Position numbers and translations under genes: made by a program
Shown here: in pieces, positions 10,368 through 19,891 of the stretch
Layout: every line of letters starts with the position of its first letter
Numbering within the stretch: the stretch's first letter is position 1
Source: an uncultured bacterium
Lineage (GTDB): Bacteria > Zixibacteria > MSB-5A5 > UBA10806
DNA: 64,000 nt
Assembly: GCA_965541585.1 (NCBI GenBank)
Contig: CBEUCH010000012.1
Location: 32,001 to 96,000, forward strand
Direction: 5' to 3'
The notes under the pieces: model-generated
What the model saw: only the letters and a program-made list of their open reading frames with translations
Databases searched by the model: none
Told to the model about the DNA's origin: nothing

Positions 10368-10577
10368 TCAGTTGGTGAAGAAATCAAAGATGTTCCCGAG
10401 CATGCTGCTGTCGGCTTTGAAGATTTCGGTATATCTGCATCGGGAGCAGGTTACCGTTGTGAATCTCCTGCTCTGCACGTCGAAGATCTTGCTCCAAAAA
10501 CCACCGGCAGCGCGTAGCTCGCCAGTCTCATACTGGCCGTTCGAGCATTTCGGGCATCTGTAATTGAGATTATTCAT
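10368..10577 (-). CDS. Zinc-ribbon nucleic-acid-binding protein (DUF2082-like)
   Basis: CPKC...SKIFDVQ...CSRCRYTE; start could also be 10592. Confidence 0.8.
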   Translation of the reverse strand: MNNLNYRCPKCSNGQYETGELRAAGGFWSKIFDVQSRRFTTVTCSRCRYTEIFKADSSMLGNIFDFFTN

Positions 10578-10743
10578 TTCATTTGCTCCCATCCATTTAC
10601 TTACTCATCCGGTATCATCCAGATATATATACACCTATTCCCCTGCACAATTCAAGGATGTCCGACTGCCGAAAATGATAACTTATTCACGGTATAGAAA
10701 AAGGTACGAGGATTTCATGACCGGCCTCAAAGCATGATCGAGC

Positions 10744-12573
10744 TTACTTTTCCTTTTGAAGAGCCACCCATTTATTCATGCGTTCTTCGAGCAGATCCAG
10801 CGGCAAGGAGCCGTTTCCCAGTAACTCGTCGTGGAAGGCCCGTATATCGAAAGCGTCGTCAAGTGCGCCGGCCGCAAATGCCCGCAATTCCTTAATCTTG
10901 AGTTCTCCTATTTTATATGCCAGCGCTTGGCCGGGCCATACAATATACCGGTCAACCTCGACGACAACATCGTGTTCTGTCTTGCTCGAATTTTCTATGA
11001 AAAGATCAATGGCCTCTTGACGGCTCCAACCCAATGCGTGAATCCCTGTGTCCACTACCAGGCGGATCGCACGCCACATTTCATAAGTAAGCTGACCAAA
11101 CTTGGAATAGGGACTCTCATAGAAACCCATTTCTTCTCCCAGGCTCTCCGCATAGAGACCCCAGCCCTCGGTATAAGCCGTATATCCACCATGCTGACGG
11201 AATTCCGGCAGGTCGCCGAGTTCCAGCGCCAATGATATCTGAAGATGGTGCCCTGGGACCGCCTCGTGCAGGGTCAAAGCCTCCATCTCCCATTTGGGCC
11301 GCATCTTGAGGTTGTAGGTGTTTGCGTAGAAATATCCAGGTCGGCCTGCAGTTAGAGATCCTCCCTGGTAATAGGCGGTGGTCTGCGACTTTTCAGCATA
11401 AGATGGAATGGGTATCACTCCATATGGGAGTGTGGGAAGCCTGCCGAATAATTTGATCAACTCAGGATCGGCACGCTTTGAGATATCGCGATACTCACGA
11501 ATCAAGTCTTCCGCATCGTCAAAGTAAAACTTCGGATCGGTGCGTAGAAATTCGGTGAACTCTTGGAAAGTACCTTCAAATCCAACCTGAGCTATGATAT
11601 CTTCCATTTTCTTGCGTATCCTTTTCACCTCTGAGAGACCGATCTCATGGATCTCTTCAGGAGACAGGTAAGTGGTTGTATAGCGATGAATCCTGTAGGC
11701 ATACCATTCACTGCCGTCGGGCAGATCGCTCAATGCTATGGATTCCCGTGCCCCCGGGATGTAGGTCTCCGCCAGATATTTATGGAGCCTCCTGAGTGCC
11801 GGAACAACGTTTTCAGCAAATGCGTCCATGGCCCTCTTCACCAACCGTTCACGCTCCTGCTCCGGAATCGTGACCGGAAATTCCCCGAAGGGTTTCATCA
11901 GAGGATTCTCCATCGGATCGCCGGCTATCAGGTTTTCCACTTGCTCGGGCACATCTCTTAGAGTGATTCTCGGTGGTGTAATCCCGGATTCACGCCCTTT
12001 GCCCAATAGGGTAATAGCCTGATCGAACATCGCGGGAATTCCTTCCAGGCGTTCTATGATATCATTATAATCCTCTATAGTGAAAGTGGGCATTACCGAT
12101 ATGACCTGGGCAGCTTCCTGATGGACACCACCAAGCTGGCTGATCTGCAGATATTCGCTCTTGAATCGCGTACCCTCTATTTTAATCTCAATATTCCTCT
12201 TGAACAGGTCGTAGTTTAACTGATCCGCCTCGCTCAGCTCCGAACGGTCGATGGTTTCCAGTACCCTCAAAGGATCGCGTAACTCCCGCTTGCGTCTCTC
12301 GATAGCCTCCGGGGAATTATCCGTCCAGCGGTGGTTCTGGCCGGGGTAGCCGACATATGTGGCGTACTCGGGATTTTCAATCATGCTGTATTCCCAGTTG
12401 ATTTCGAATAGCTTGTGCAGGCGCTCGCTATGGCTCATGTTTTCCCTGTTTTCAATCAGGTCGTTATACATTTGCTGAAAATTCATCTCGTTTACTCCCC
12501 CGTCGGCGCTCGACATAACAGCAAAGACCCAGAAGCCCGTAACCAAAATAAGTATCTTCGTTTGCATCATCAT
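10744..12573 (-). CDS. DUF885 family protein (secreted, metallopeptidase-like)
   Basis: HEAVPGHHLQ, EGWGLYAE, RLVVDTGIH, PGQALAYKIG motifs. Confidence 0.9.
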   Translation of the reverse strand: MMMQTKILILVTGFWVFAVMSSADGGVNEMNFQQMYNDLIENRENMSHSERLHKLFEINWEYSMIENPEYATYVGYPGQNHRWTDNSPEAIERRKRELRDPLRVLETIDRSELSEADQLNYDLFKRNIEIKIEGTRFKSEYLQISQLGGVHQEAAQVISVMPTFTIEDYNDIIERLEGIPAMFDQAITLLGKGRESGITPPRITLRDVPEQVENLIAGDPMENPLMKPFGEFPVTIPEQERERLVKRAMDAFAENVVPALRRLHKYLAETYIPGARESIALSDLPDGSEWYAYRIHRYTTTYLSPEEIHEIGLSEVKRIRKKMEDIIAQVGFEGTFQEFTEFLRTDPKFYFDDAEDLIREYRDISKRADPELIKLFGRLPTLPYGVIPIPSYAEKSQTTAYYQGGSLTAGRPGYFYANTYNLKMRPKWEMEALTLHEAVPGHHLQISLALELGDLPEFRQHGGYTAYTEGWGLYAESLGEEMGFYESPYSKFGQLTYEMWRAIRLVVDTGIHALGWSRQEAIDLFIENSSKTEHDVVVEVDRYIVWPGQALAYKIGELKIKELRAFAAGALDDAFDIRAFHDELLGNGSLPLDLLEERMNKWVALQKEK

Positions 12574-12727
12574 GGCTCCACCGGTTTGATCATATTCTCA
12601 TCAGCTGAATTCTATTTTGATCATTCAGAAACATCAAGCTATCAATAAGGAAACCTTCGGAATCTTTCGGCCGACAGATGGCGACACATTGATGTAAATT
12701 CACCAGGAGAAATGCGTTTCACTGTGA

Positions 12728-14836
12728 TCACCTCGGGGTTGCATCCGGAAGGCCACCGTCCACCGGCATGGTTGCACCCGTTGTCGGGGTCTGACGAGTT
12801 GCAAAATATAATACCGCCCTGGCAACGTGTGTTGCGGTTATCTTTGCCTTCAGCAGATTCCGCGTTCGATAATATTCCTCAAGACCCTTCTCATCTAGGT
12901 CTCTTGCGCGCATACGGTCAGGTCCGACCTCGGCCCATAGTCCGGATTTGCGCTTTCCATGAGCAAACACCGCATCAGGCGACACCATGTTGACGCGCAC
13001 ATCGATCTCTGCAAGTTCCAGGCTGGCGATCCGAGCCAGTTGGTGTGATGCTGCCTTTGTAGCGCTATATGCCCCGAATTTTGCACCCGGTGCAAAAACA
13101 TTCTTAGTCGATATCAGGATAATATCCCCTCCTGTTCCCTGGATCTTGAAATGCCGTGAAATTTCGGAAAGGATGTGAAGTGTCCCTTCAACGTTTACCT
13201 GCTCCAGTTTCCGAAAAGCACTCGGATCCATATCCGAAAGTGATGAGGCATGTGCAATGCCGGCATTCATCACCACCAGATCAATGCCGCCCCAGGTATG
13301 AATAACCAAGTCAAAACCTTCAGCAACTGACGTCGGATCTGTTACATCAAGGGGGATACCAATAATTCGTTCTCCATACCTCGGTTTCAACTCATCTACA
13401 AATGTATTCAGGTTATCACCCGATAGATCCGTAGCAGCCACATGACATCCTTTTTCAAGGAGCTCCTGGCAAATCCCGGTCCCGATCGCCCCTGCTGCAC
13501 CGGTAATTAGTGCTATTGAGTTTTGCAGAGGAAGTCCCTCTTGCCGGCCAAGCTTTGCATGTTGAAGGCTGAAATATTCCATATCGAAAAGATGTTTTTC
13601 ACTTAATCCTTCATACCTTCCCATTGCAGCAATCTTTGTCTTGGCAGCCAGAGTCCGGGCAGTGATATCTTTGATTATTCCGGCTTCTACAACGTCCTTA
13701 CCTGCGCATATTGCTCCTAATCCCGGCATGAGAATTGTCCGTGGCATGGAGTCAAAACGATTGAGGCCGGCTTTTATACTTTGGGAATGACGCTCGAAAT
13801 ACGCGTCATATTTCTTCGCATATTCAGTTATTGCAGTGGAGATTTGGTCCCTCATCTTGTTATCATCATCATATTGTGGAGCGTCTACCCACAGCGGAAG
13901 AGCCTTGGTTCTGATCAGGTGATCAGTGGTCAGGGGTGGTGTCAATGCGATTTCTTTTCCACGGTCTGAATCAACCAGGTTGAGAACTTCCTTTGTTATT
14001 AGAGATCGAATGATAAAACGCCGGTATGGCCAGTCGGCATTTCTCGTGGGGACAGCCAGCAACCCTCTAAGGATTGGTGCGACCTTCAGATATCTTTCCC
14101 TTGCTGCCGCGGGAGACGTGGTGATCCTTACTTTTAGCGCACCTGTCCCTTTTCTGGCCAGATACTCTTCTGCCTTTATCACAAGTTCAATAGTCCTCTC
14201 ATAAGATTCACGGGCCGTCTCGCCCCAGGTAAGCAATCCATGTTTCATCAAGATCATGCCCCTGCTATCAGGAGATGATTCAAATGCCTCGGCAGCAGCT
14301 TTGGCCAGCGTAAATCCGGGCTTAACATATTCCAGGACGATTACATCGTTCCCCAACGCATCCCGGACGGTTTTTTCTCCGTCAGGCCGATTGGTCAGGG
14401 CCAATATGGCGTCCGCATGAGTGTGATCAACGTATTTTGGGGGAATAAAGGCGTGAAGCAATGTTTCGATTGACGGTGACATCACTTGAGCATTGAAACG
14501 GTGTGTTAGCAATTCATTAACCATGGTCTCGTCGGAAAGCTCCGACAGAGTTCGTAACTGCTGCAGGTAATCAAGGTCCAGTCCGGAATGTCCTTCCGGC
14601 TCGATATTTGCAAGATCATGTCCCGATACTTTAACAAAGATCGCAGGGATACGTTTGCCAAGGATGTTGGTGAATGTTCCCTTGACAGATGTATTTCCCC
14701 CACCGTGAAGCACGAGTTCCTTATCCGCTCCGATCAGCCTGCTTGCATAGGTCCGGAGAGCCAGGTCCTCTCCCCATTTTTTCCCGTATTTTGCGATGAA
14801 TTCAGATGCCTTATCTTGCGACCATCTGTTCTCCAT
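12728..14836 (-). CDS. Bifunctional class II aldolase / short-chain dehydrogenase
   Basis: LHGGGNTSVK, PSIETLLH, DHTH; TGAAGAIG, NAG, YSATK. Confidence 0.9.
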   Translation of the reverse strand: MENRWSQDKASEFIAKYGKKWGEDLALRTYASRLIGADKELVLHGGGNTSVKGTFTNILGKRIPAIFVKVSGHDLANIEPEGHSGLDLDYLQQLRTLSELSDETMVNELLTHRFNAQVMSPSIETLLHAFIPPKYVDHTHADAILALTNRPDGEKTVRDALGNDVIVLEYVKPGFTLAKAAAEAFESSPDSRGMILMKHGLLTWGETARESYERTIELVIKAEEYLARKGTGALKVRITTSPAAARERYLKVAPILRGLLAVPTRNADWPYRRFIIRSLITKEVLNLVDSDRGKEIALTPPLTTDHLIRTKALPLWVDAPQYDDDNKMRDQISTAITEYAKKYDAYFERHSQSIKAGLNRFDSMPRTILMPGLGAICAGKDVVEAGIIKDITARTLAAKTKIAAMGRYEGLSEKHLFDMEYFSLQHAKLGRQEGLPLQNSIALITGAAGAIGTGICQELLEKGCHVAATDLSGDNLNTFVDELKPRYGERIIGIPLDVTDPTSVAEGFDLVIHTWGGIDLVVMNAGIAHASSLSDMDPSAFRKLEQVNVEGTLHILSEISRHFKIQGTGGDIILISTKNVFAPGAKFGAYSATKAASHQLARIASLELAEIDVRVNMVSPDAVFAHGKRKSGLWAEVGPDRMRARDLDEKGLEEYYRTRNLLKAKITATHVARAVLYFATRQTPTTGATMPVDGGLPDATPR

Positions 14837-14924
14837 AGCATCTCCTAACCGGTTTGGGATCTTACTGCGTTCGACATGATTTGAGCAGATTATATGCCTT
14901 GTTGGCCGGCACAGATTGTCTCTT

Positions 14925-15803
14925 TTATTTCTTCTTCAGGGTCTGATATACTTGATACGCTTCTTCAGGTGGCATGTTTTCATGAACGACTTTTCGCACC
15001 GCCTGGATCATTGCCCCGGGGGCATCGGATTGAAATATATTTCGTCCCATATCAACGCCACAAGCGCCCTGCTTGATTGCATTGTAAGCCATCTTCAGAG
15101 CATTGAGTTCCGAAACCTTCTTTCCGCCGGCGATAACTATGGGGACAGGGCAGGATGCCGTTACGGTTTCGAATCCCTCGGGGACATAATAAGTCTTGAC
15201 GTATGACGCTCCCAGTTCGGCACAGATTCTGGTTGCTAAACGCATATATTTGGCGTCCCGGGCCATCTGCTTGCCTACTGCCGTAACGCAGAGGACAGGG
15301 ATACCATACCGGTTACCCATATCCACCAGCCGTGTCATATTATGTATCGATTTGGTTTCGTATTCGCCTCCAACAAACACCTGAACTGCAAGTGCGGCAA
15401 CGTTCAAACGGATGGCATCTTCGATATCAACAGCAATCTCTTCATTCGAGAGCTCTTTGAGTATGCTTGGACCACCGCTTGCTCTGAGGACGATTCCTTT
15501 TGTAAAGGTCGGGGGGATGGTTGAGCGCAATATTCCACGCGTGCACATGAGGGTGTCGGCGTAAGGGAGCAGTGGTACGATGGTCACATCAATCCGTTCC
15601 AACCCTGCAGTCGGACCGAGAAAATACCCGTGGTCGATGGCAAGCATCACAGTACGCCCGGTCTCTGGATGAAATATATTCGATAACCGGTTTTTCATCC
15701 CCCAATCCAGTGAGTTCGAGCCTCGCAACGTGAACGGCTGGTTCTTCATGGGGACATCCGGGTGATAATTGTGCGTTTCTTGATTGCTGGCCTTATCTGC
15801 CAT
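14925..15803 (-). CDS. lsrF: 3-hydroxy-5-phosphonooxypentane-2,4-dione thiolase (class I aldolase-like)
   Basis: [38 protein letters not shown]. Confidence 0.88.
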   Translation of the reverse strand: MADKASNQETHNYHPDVPMKNQPFTLRGSNSLDWGMKNRLSNIFHPETGRTVMLAIDHGYFLGPTAGLERIDVTIVPLLPYADTLMCTRGILRSTIPPTFTKGIVLRASGGPSILKELSNEEIAVDIEDAIRLNVAALAVQVFVGGEYETKSIHNMTRLVDMGNRYGIPVLCVTAVGKQMARDAKYMRLATRICAELGASYVKTYYVPEGFETVTASCPVPIVIAGGKKVSELNALKMAYNAIKQGACGVDMGRNIFQSDAPGAMIQAVRKVVHENMPPEEAYQVYQTLKKK

Positions 15804-15906
15804 CGTTGGTCTCCTTTCTCGGTTTATGGCAACGTGCCCAATCTACTCTCACACATGTACTTCGCCAAGTGAATTCGGACAACCAGTATCTTAAATTAGG
15901 CGATAA

Positions 15907-16059
15907 TTATTGATTTCGCAAATCATTCTTCTGCAAGCCAGCTAAAAACGTATCCCTGATGCGCGGGTCAAGTTCGATTCCATGTTCCTCCAAAACCGGT
16001 AAGAGGAGCCCAGCATGCTTTTCCCAGTTTAACCTGGTTGCTTTATCCATAGAGTGCAT
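15907..16059 (-). CDS. Short ORF (50 aa) starting just after the attC; possible truncated second cassette
   Basis: ATG 6 nt after the GTTAGGT core; MHSMDKATRLNWEKHAGLLLPVLEEHGIELDPRIRDTFLAGLQKNDLRNQ. Confidence 0.35.
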   Translation of the reverse strand: MHSMDKATRLNWEKHAGLLLPVLEEHGIELDPRIRDTFLAGLQKNDLRNQ

Positions 16060-16065
16060 TGTTAC

Positions 16066-16126
16066 ACCTAACGATTTAACTCACGGGCGCGATGTTTTTC
16101 GCATCCTGTGGAGCGATTTGTCAGGC
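16066..16126 (-). mobile_element. Integron attC recombination site (61 bp)
   Basis: Minus strand GCCTGAC-AAATCG-CTCCAC-AGGATGCGA-AAAACA-TCGCGCCC-GTGAG-TTAAATC-GTTAGGT: R''/L''/L'/R' layout with extrahelical bases; 16 nt after the stop of 16143-16667. Confidence 0.75.
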
Positions 16127-16142
16127 CCATTCTTCTTGTTTT

Positions 16143-16667
16143 TTATCTTCTTACTGTCGGTTTGGCAGGATCTGTTTCAAAAACGGTATTTTCGGTCACA
16201 GTCTGGCGTAAGCCTCCAGGTATTTCAGGCGGAAAGTGAACGGCAACAGTTAATGAGCCACCACCTAAAGCACTGGCCCCCAAAGTATACCCCGCTTTCC
16301 CGGCCGTATCTGTTCTATAGTCTGGAGATCCCCATGAAAAAACATCTCCGCTATGATTCCAAGTTACTGGAAGTCCATCCCAGGGATATAACTGAGTTCC
16401 ATTCGTAGTTCCGAGAGCGTAAACTTTGGTACCTGCTGGAACATATCGAACTTGATAGAAAAATCGACCGTTAGGGGTACCCAGGAGTGAATAGTCTGTT
16501 GTCCACCAACCATACACATCTACTCGCGTTGCGCCTCTGCGAACATCTGTCTTAAGTGGTGATTTGACAATTTTGGGGGGACCGAAAATCCAACTACAGC
16601 CGGTATTTATACTTGCAATTGACGTTAAGAATAGTATCATTACTAATGTTTTACTTAAATGTTTCAT
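16143..16667 (-). CDS. Hypothetical lipoprotein (probable integron cassette cargo)
   Basis: Signal peptide ending NTGC; AT-rich upstream region; attC downstream. Confidence 0.7.
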   Translation of the reverse strand: MKHLSKTLVMILFLTSIASINTGCSWIFGPPKIVKSPLKTDVRRGATRVDVYGWWTTDYSLLGTPNGRFFYQVRYVPAGTKVYALGTTNGTQLYPWDGLPVTWNHSGDVFSWGSPDYRTDTAGKAGYTLGASALGGGSLTVAVHFPPEIPGGLRQTVTENTVFETDPAKPTVRR

Positions 16668-16747
16668 ATTGAATCCTTTCCCAGTAAATCATTGAATTCT
16701 ATCAAGTCAACAGCCCAAAATAACATTAAACAACACTTATTCATAGT

Positions 16748-16776
16748 AGTGTAACCTACTGAATAATTAATGTCAA
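16748..16776 (-). promoter_or_regulatory. Sigma70-like promoter for the lipoprotein gene
   Basis: TTGACA-17 nt-TACACT on the minus strand. Confidence 0.55.
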
Positions 16777-17184
16777 CAAGAATCAATTAAGAAAACAAGA
16801 TCTTGGATTAAGAAAGAGGATTGGTAAGATTCGTGTTAGATCTTCCAATCAATATAATGGAAAGGTGAAATCTATATTCGAGACAGTTGCTTTCCAACAA
16901 TTTTATAGGGAACTCTCCAAAACACAAGATAAGAAGAATTCTCAGCTTAAGAGGATCGTATGAACAGTCTAATTCCAGTTTCTCCACCGCATCAGCCAGA
17001 TGATCCGGAGCATAGATCGAAAACAGCGGCAAACCTGGTTTGCGTTGAGCTTTCTTGTCAAGCTGGTTTAGTTTGGCAATCAGCTTGCGCTTTTCGCTGG
17101 TCCGGGCATTCTCAGGTCATTGTAGGTTCTGGGTATATTACCCGAAATTATCGGTTGGGTTTTGAGCAGGATACATTATATTTA

Positions 17185-19635
17185 ATGATGAATATGCATT
17201 ATCGGAGTCAGCTTTTTTCCCGGACACAATGCGTGCTGCTATCGACGCTCGGCGTGCTTTATTTCGCGGCGCCGATGGTTCTTGGCCAGGCCCCTGATAT
17301 CCTGCCATCGGATCCACATACACTTTCTATAGACAGGAGTCAACCGGTGCTCAGCACCAGATTGATGGACGTAATTCAAAGTGCTCGCGAGGATACGGTG
17401 ATTCCGATCTGGGTCTTTCTTACTGATAAAGGCATTTTTGATGAGACAGAATATCAACAAGAGCTTTCCAAAGCTCGCGCAAGGTTAGTCCCTGCCGCTC
17501 ATCAAAGACGTTTGAAGGCCAGGGGCTCGGGAGATATAGTCGATTTTCGTGATATCCCGGTCCGTTCGGAATATCTGCAGGAAATTCTGTCCACTGGCGT
17601 TGAGCTTCGTCATACGCTCAAATGGTTTAACGCTATCACAGTCAATGCTTCGCCTTCAGATATAGAAAAGCTGGCGCGGCTTTCTTTCGTTCGTCATATC
17701 AAGAGTGTATTATTCTCCACTACTAATATTGATATTGACCTGACTCCATTACCGCCGGACTTGACTCTCGTTTCTTTGGATTACGGGCCCAGTTACGCGC
17801 AACTGGAACAGATTAATGTTATTGCCGCCCACGAGCTTGGATTTAAAGGCCAGGGTGTGATAGTCTGCATGATGGATACCGGCTACCGGCAGGGGCACGA
17901 GGCTTTTCAGAATATTATCGGGAGCGGCCGGTTGATCGCCCAGTACGATTTTATCAACGGTGACGATAATACCGATTACGATCCGGATCAGGATCTGGGC
18001 TGGCAACCTGATCACGGGACCATGACATGGTCGACGCTCGGCGGAGAGTCGGAGGGAAATCTCTATGGGCCTGCTTACCTGGCCAGTTTCGTTCTCTCCA
18101 AAAGCGAGGATATATCATCTGAACGGCACATAGAGGAGGACAATTGGGCCGCAGGTGCCGAATGGGCCGAATCGATGGGGGCTTCGGTTATATCGGCCTC
18201 ACTTGGATACCGGTGGTTTGATTCGGGAGAGGGGGATTACGGTTACGAGGATCTGGATGGCAATTCCACAATTGTCACAATTGCTGCTGATCTGGCAGCT
18301 TATAACGGGATTGCGGTGGCGACGGCGCAGGGCAATAATGGCTCGCTAGGGCCGGGCTCTCTTCTTGCTCCTGCTGACGGTGATTCTGTTATAGCGTGTG
18401 GAGCCGTCAATGTGGAAGGAGAGCTTGCCGGATTCTCTGCCTTGGGCCCCACATACGATGGCAGGACAAAACCCGAGGTTTGTGCTCAAGGCGTCCAAAC
18501 GGTATGTGTCGATCCCTATAACAATACCGGATATACGACAGCGAGCGGAACATCACTCTCCACCCCCTTAATAGGGGGTGTCTGCGCGGTGCTTTTTTCG
18601 GCACATCCAAACTGGACATTGATGATGGTTCGAGAAGCGCTTATGATGACGGCCGATCGATTTGATGTTCCTGATAACGCTTATGGGTGGGGAATAGTCG
18701 ATGTGGGCCGGGCGTTGTATTATAATCCCGGCGGAGACATATTATTTCAACATAGTCCGGTATTAATTTCAGGGGAAAATCAAGCGATTCCGATTTCCGT
18801 CGCTGTTACCGGAGGAACTGATATTCAGTCGGTCTACCTCTATTATAGGTTGGGAGAAAACGGAGAGTTCTCAGAAATCTTGCTGGATTCTCCCAATGGG
18901 CAGGATTTTTCCGGCGAGATTCCGGGGCTGTCGGGAGACGTTGTTCAGTACTACCTGAAAGCCGATGATGTTGATGGCTCTTTTGCGTTTCATCCGATAG
19001 GAGGGGAGATGCATCCGGTGACGGTTGATCTCAACGGTATGGCGATCTTCGACTCATTCGAGGACGGCCCGCAACTCTGGAGATCCGGCGGCATCAACAA
19101 CTTCTGGGGTATCAGCACCAGATATGTTAATTCCGGTCATTTGAGCATTACAGATTCCCCCACAACTCTATACCGCGAGGATACGGACAGCTGGATAGAA
19201 ACGGCATTCAAGCTGGACCTCTCCGGAGCATCTAACGCGGAACTCTCGTTTTATTATCGAAGCGATTTGCAGATAGGTCATGATACCTTATTTGTTGAAG
19301 CCTCATCAGATGGTGGGAATAATTGGAACAGATTCTCACAGTCCATCACCGGCGAATCAGGTTCGTTCGTTCAATATTCTGCCGATCTGGCTGAATACAT
19401 CGGGCAACCAGACCTGAAGCTTCGATTTCATTTTGTCTCAGACGAAGCGGGCAGCGACGACGGAATATATATAGATGAAGTTCTCATATCATGGGAGGCA
19501 TATGAGGTCATCCCCACCCTCTCCGAATGGGGGATGATTATCCTGGCTTTGCTTCTGCTGGCGGTTGGGACAATTGCAGTTATCCACGATGGGAAGCGAA
19601 TTAAAGCGACCACTAATTATCAGGTAACGTCTTAA
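17185..19635 (+). CDS. S8 family serine peptidase with immune-inhibitor/MAM-like domain and IPTL-CTERM tail
   Basis: [29 protein letters not shown] + TM; start is uncertain (17185-17194; track start 16960 is unlikely). Confidence 0.88.
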   Translation: MMNMHYRSQLFSRTQCVLLSTLGVLYFAAPMVLGQAPDILPSDPHTLSIDRSQPVLSTRLMDVIQSAREDTVIPIWVFLTDKGIFDETEYQQELSKARARLVPAAHQRRLKARGSGDIVDFRDIPVRSEYLQEILSTGVELRHTLKWFNAITVNASPSDIEKLARLSFVRHIKSVLFSTTNIDIDLTPLPPDLTLVSLDYGPSYAQLEQINVIAAHELGFKGQGVIVCMMDTGYRQGHEAFQNIIGSGRLIAQYDFINGDDNTDYDPDQDLGWQPDHGTMTWSTLGGESEGNLYGPAYLASFVLSKSEDISSERHIEEDNWAAGAEWAESMGASVISASLGYRWFDSGEGDYGYEDLDGNSTIVTIAADLAAYNGIAVATAQGNNGSLGPGSLLAPADGDSVIACGAVNVEGELAGFSALGPTYDGRTKPEVCAQGVQTVCVDPYNNTGYTTASGTSLSTPLIGGVCAVLFSAHPNWTLMMVREALMMTADRFDVPDNAYGWGIVDVGRALYYNPGGDILFQHSPVLISGENQAIPISVAVTGGTDIQSVYLYYRLGENGEFSEILLDSPNGQDFSGEIPGLSGDVVQYYLKADDVDGSFAFHPIGGEMHPVTVDLNGMAIFDSFEDGPQLWRSGGINNFWGISTRYVNSGHLSITDSPTTLYREDTDSWIETAFKLDLSGASNAELSFYYRSDLQIGHDTLFVEASSDGGNNWNRFSQSITGESGSFVQYSADLAEYIGQPDLKLRFHFVSDEAGSDDGIYIDEVLISWEAYEVIPTLSEWGMIILALLLLAVGTIAVIHDGKRIKATTNYQVTS

Positions 19636-19891
19636 GCCAAACTGGCCGATCAGAGCAGGATGTCATCTGAGTTCAGAAGTAAATCCGCCGAAAATTAGTG
19701 TCAATCTCCTGATGTAAATAGATTCTTATAAGCGATTAGCGGCCACGAATGCTAATTTTCCTTGCCGAATCGGCGGATTCTGCCTACATTAGTAACAACG
19801 CCGGTAAGGCTGGCAGATAGAAGTCTTCTTGTTAGCGATCCTGGGAGTCGATCAATCGCCGAACAAATTTCCGGGGAATGCGGAGGTCCAG

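Noticed and set aside
16967..17050. Possible upstream attC for the lipoprotein cassette (minus strand GCTCAAC...GCGGTGGAGAAACTGGAATTAGAC)
   Set aside because: R' lacks the invariant GTT and the L-box spacing does not fit; at best a degenerate relic
19682..19778. Long-range inverted repeat AATCCGCCGA...TCGGCGGATT
   Set aside because: Short arms, single copy, no supporting context
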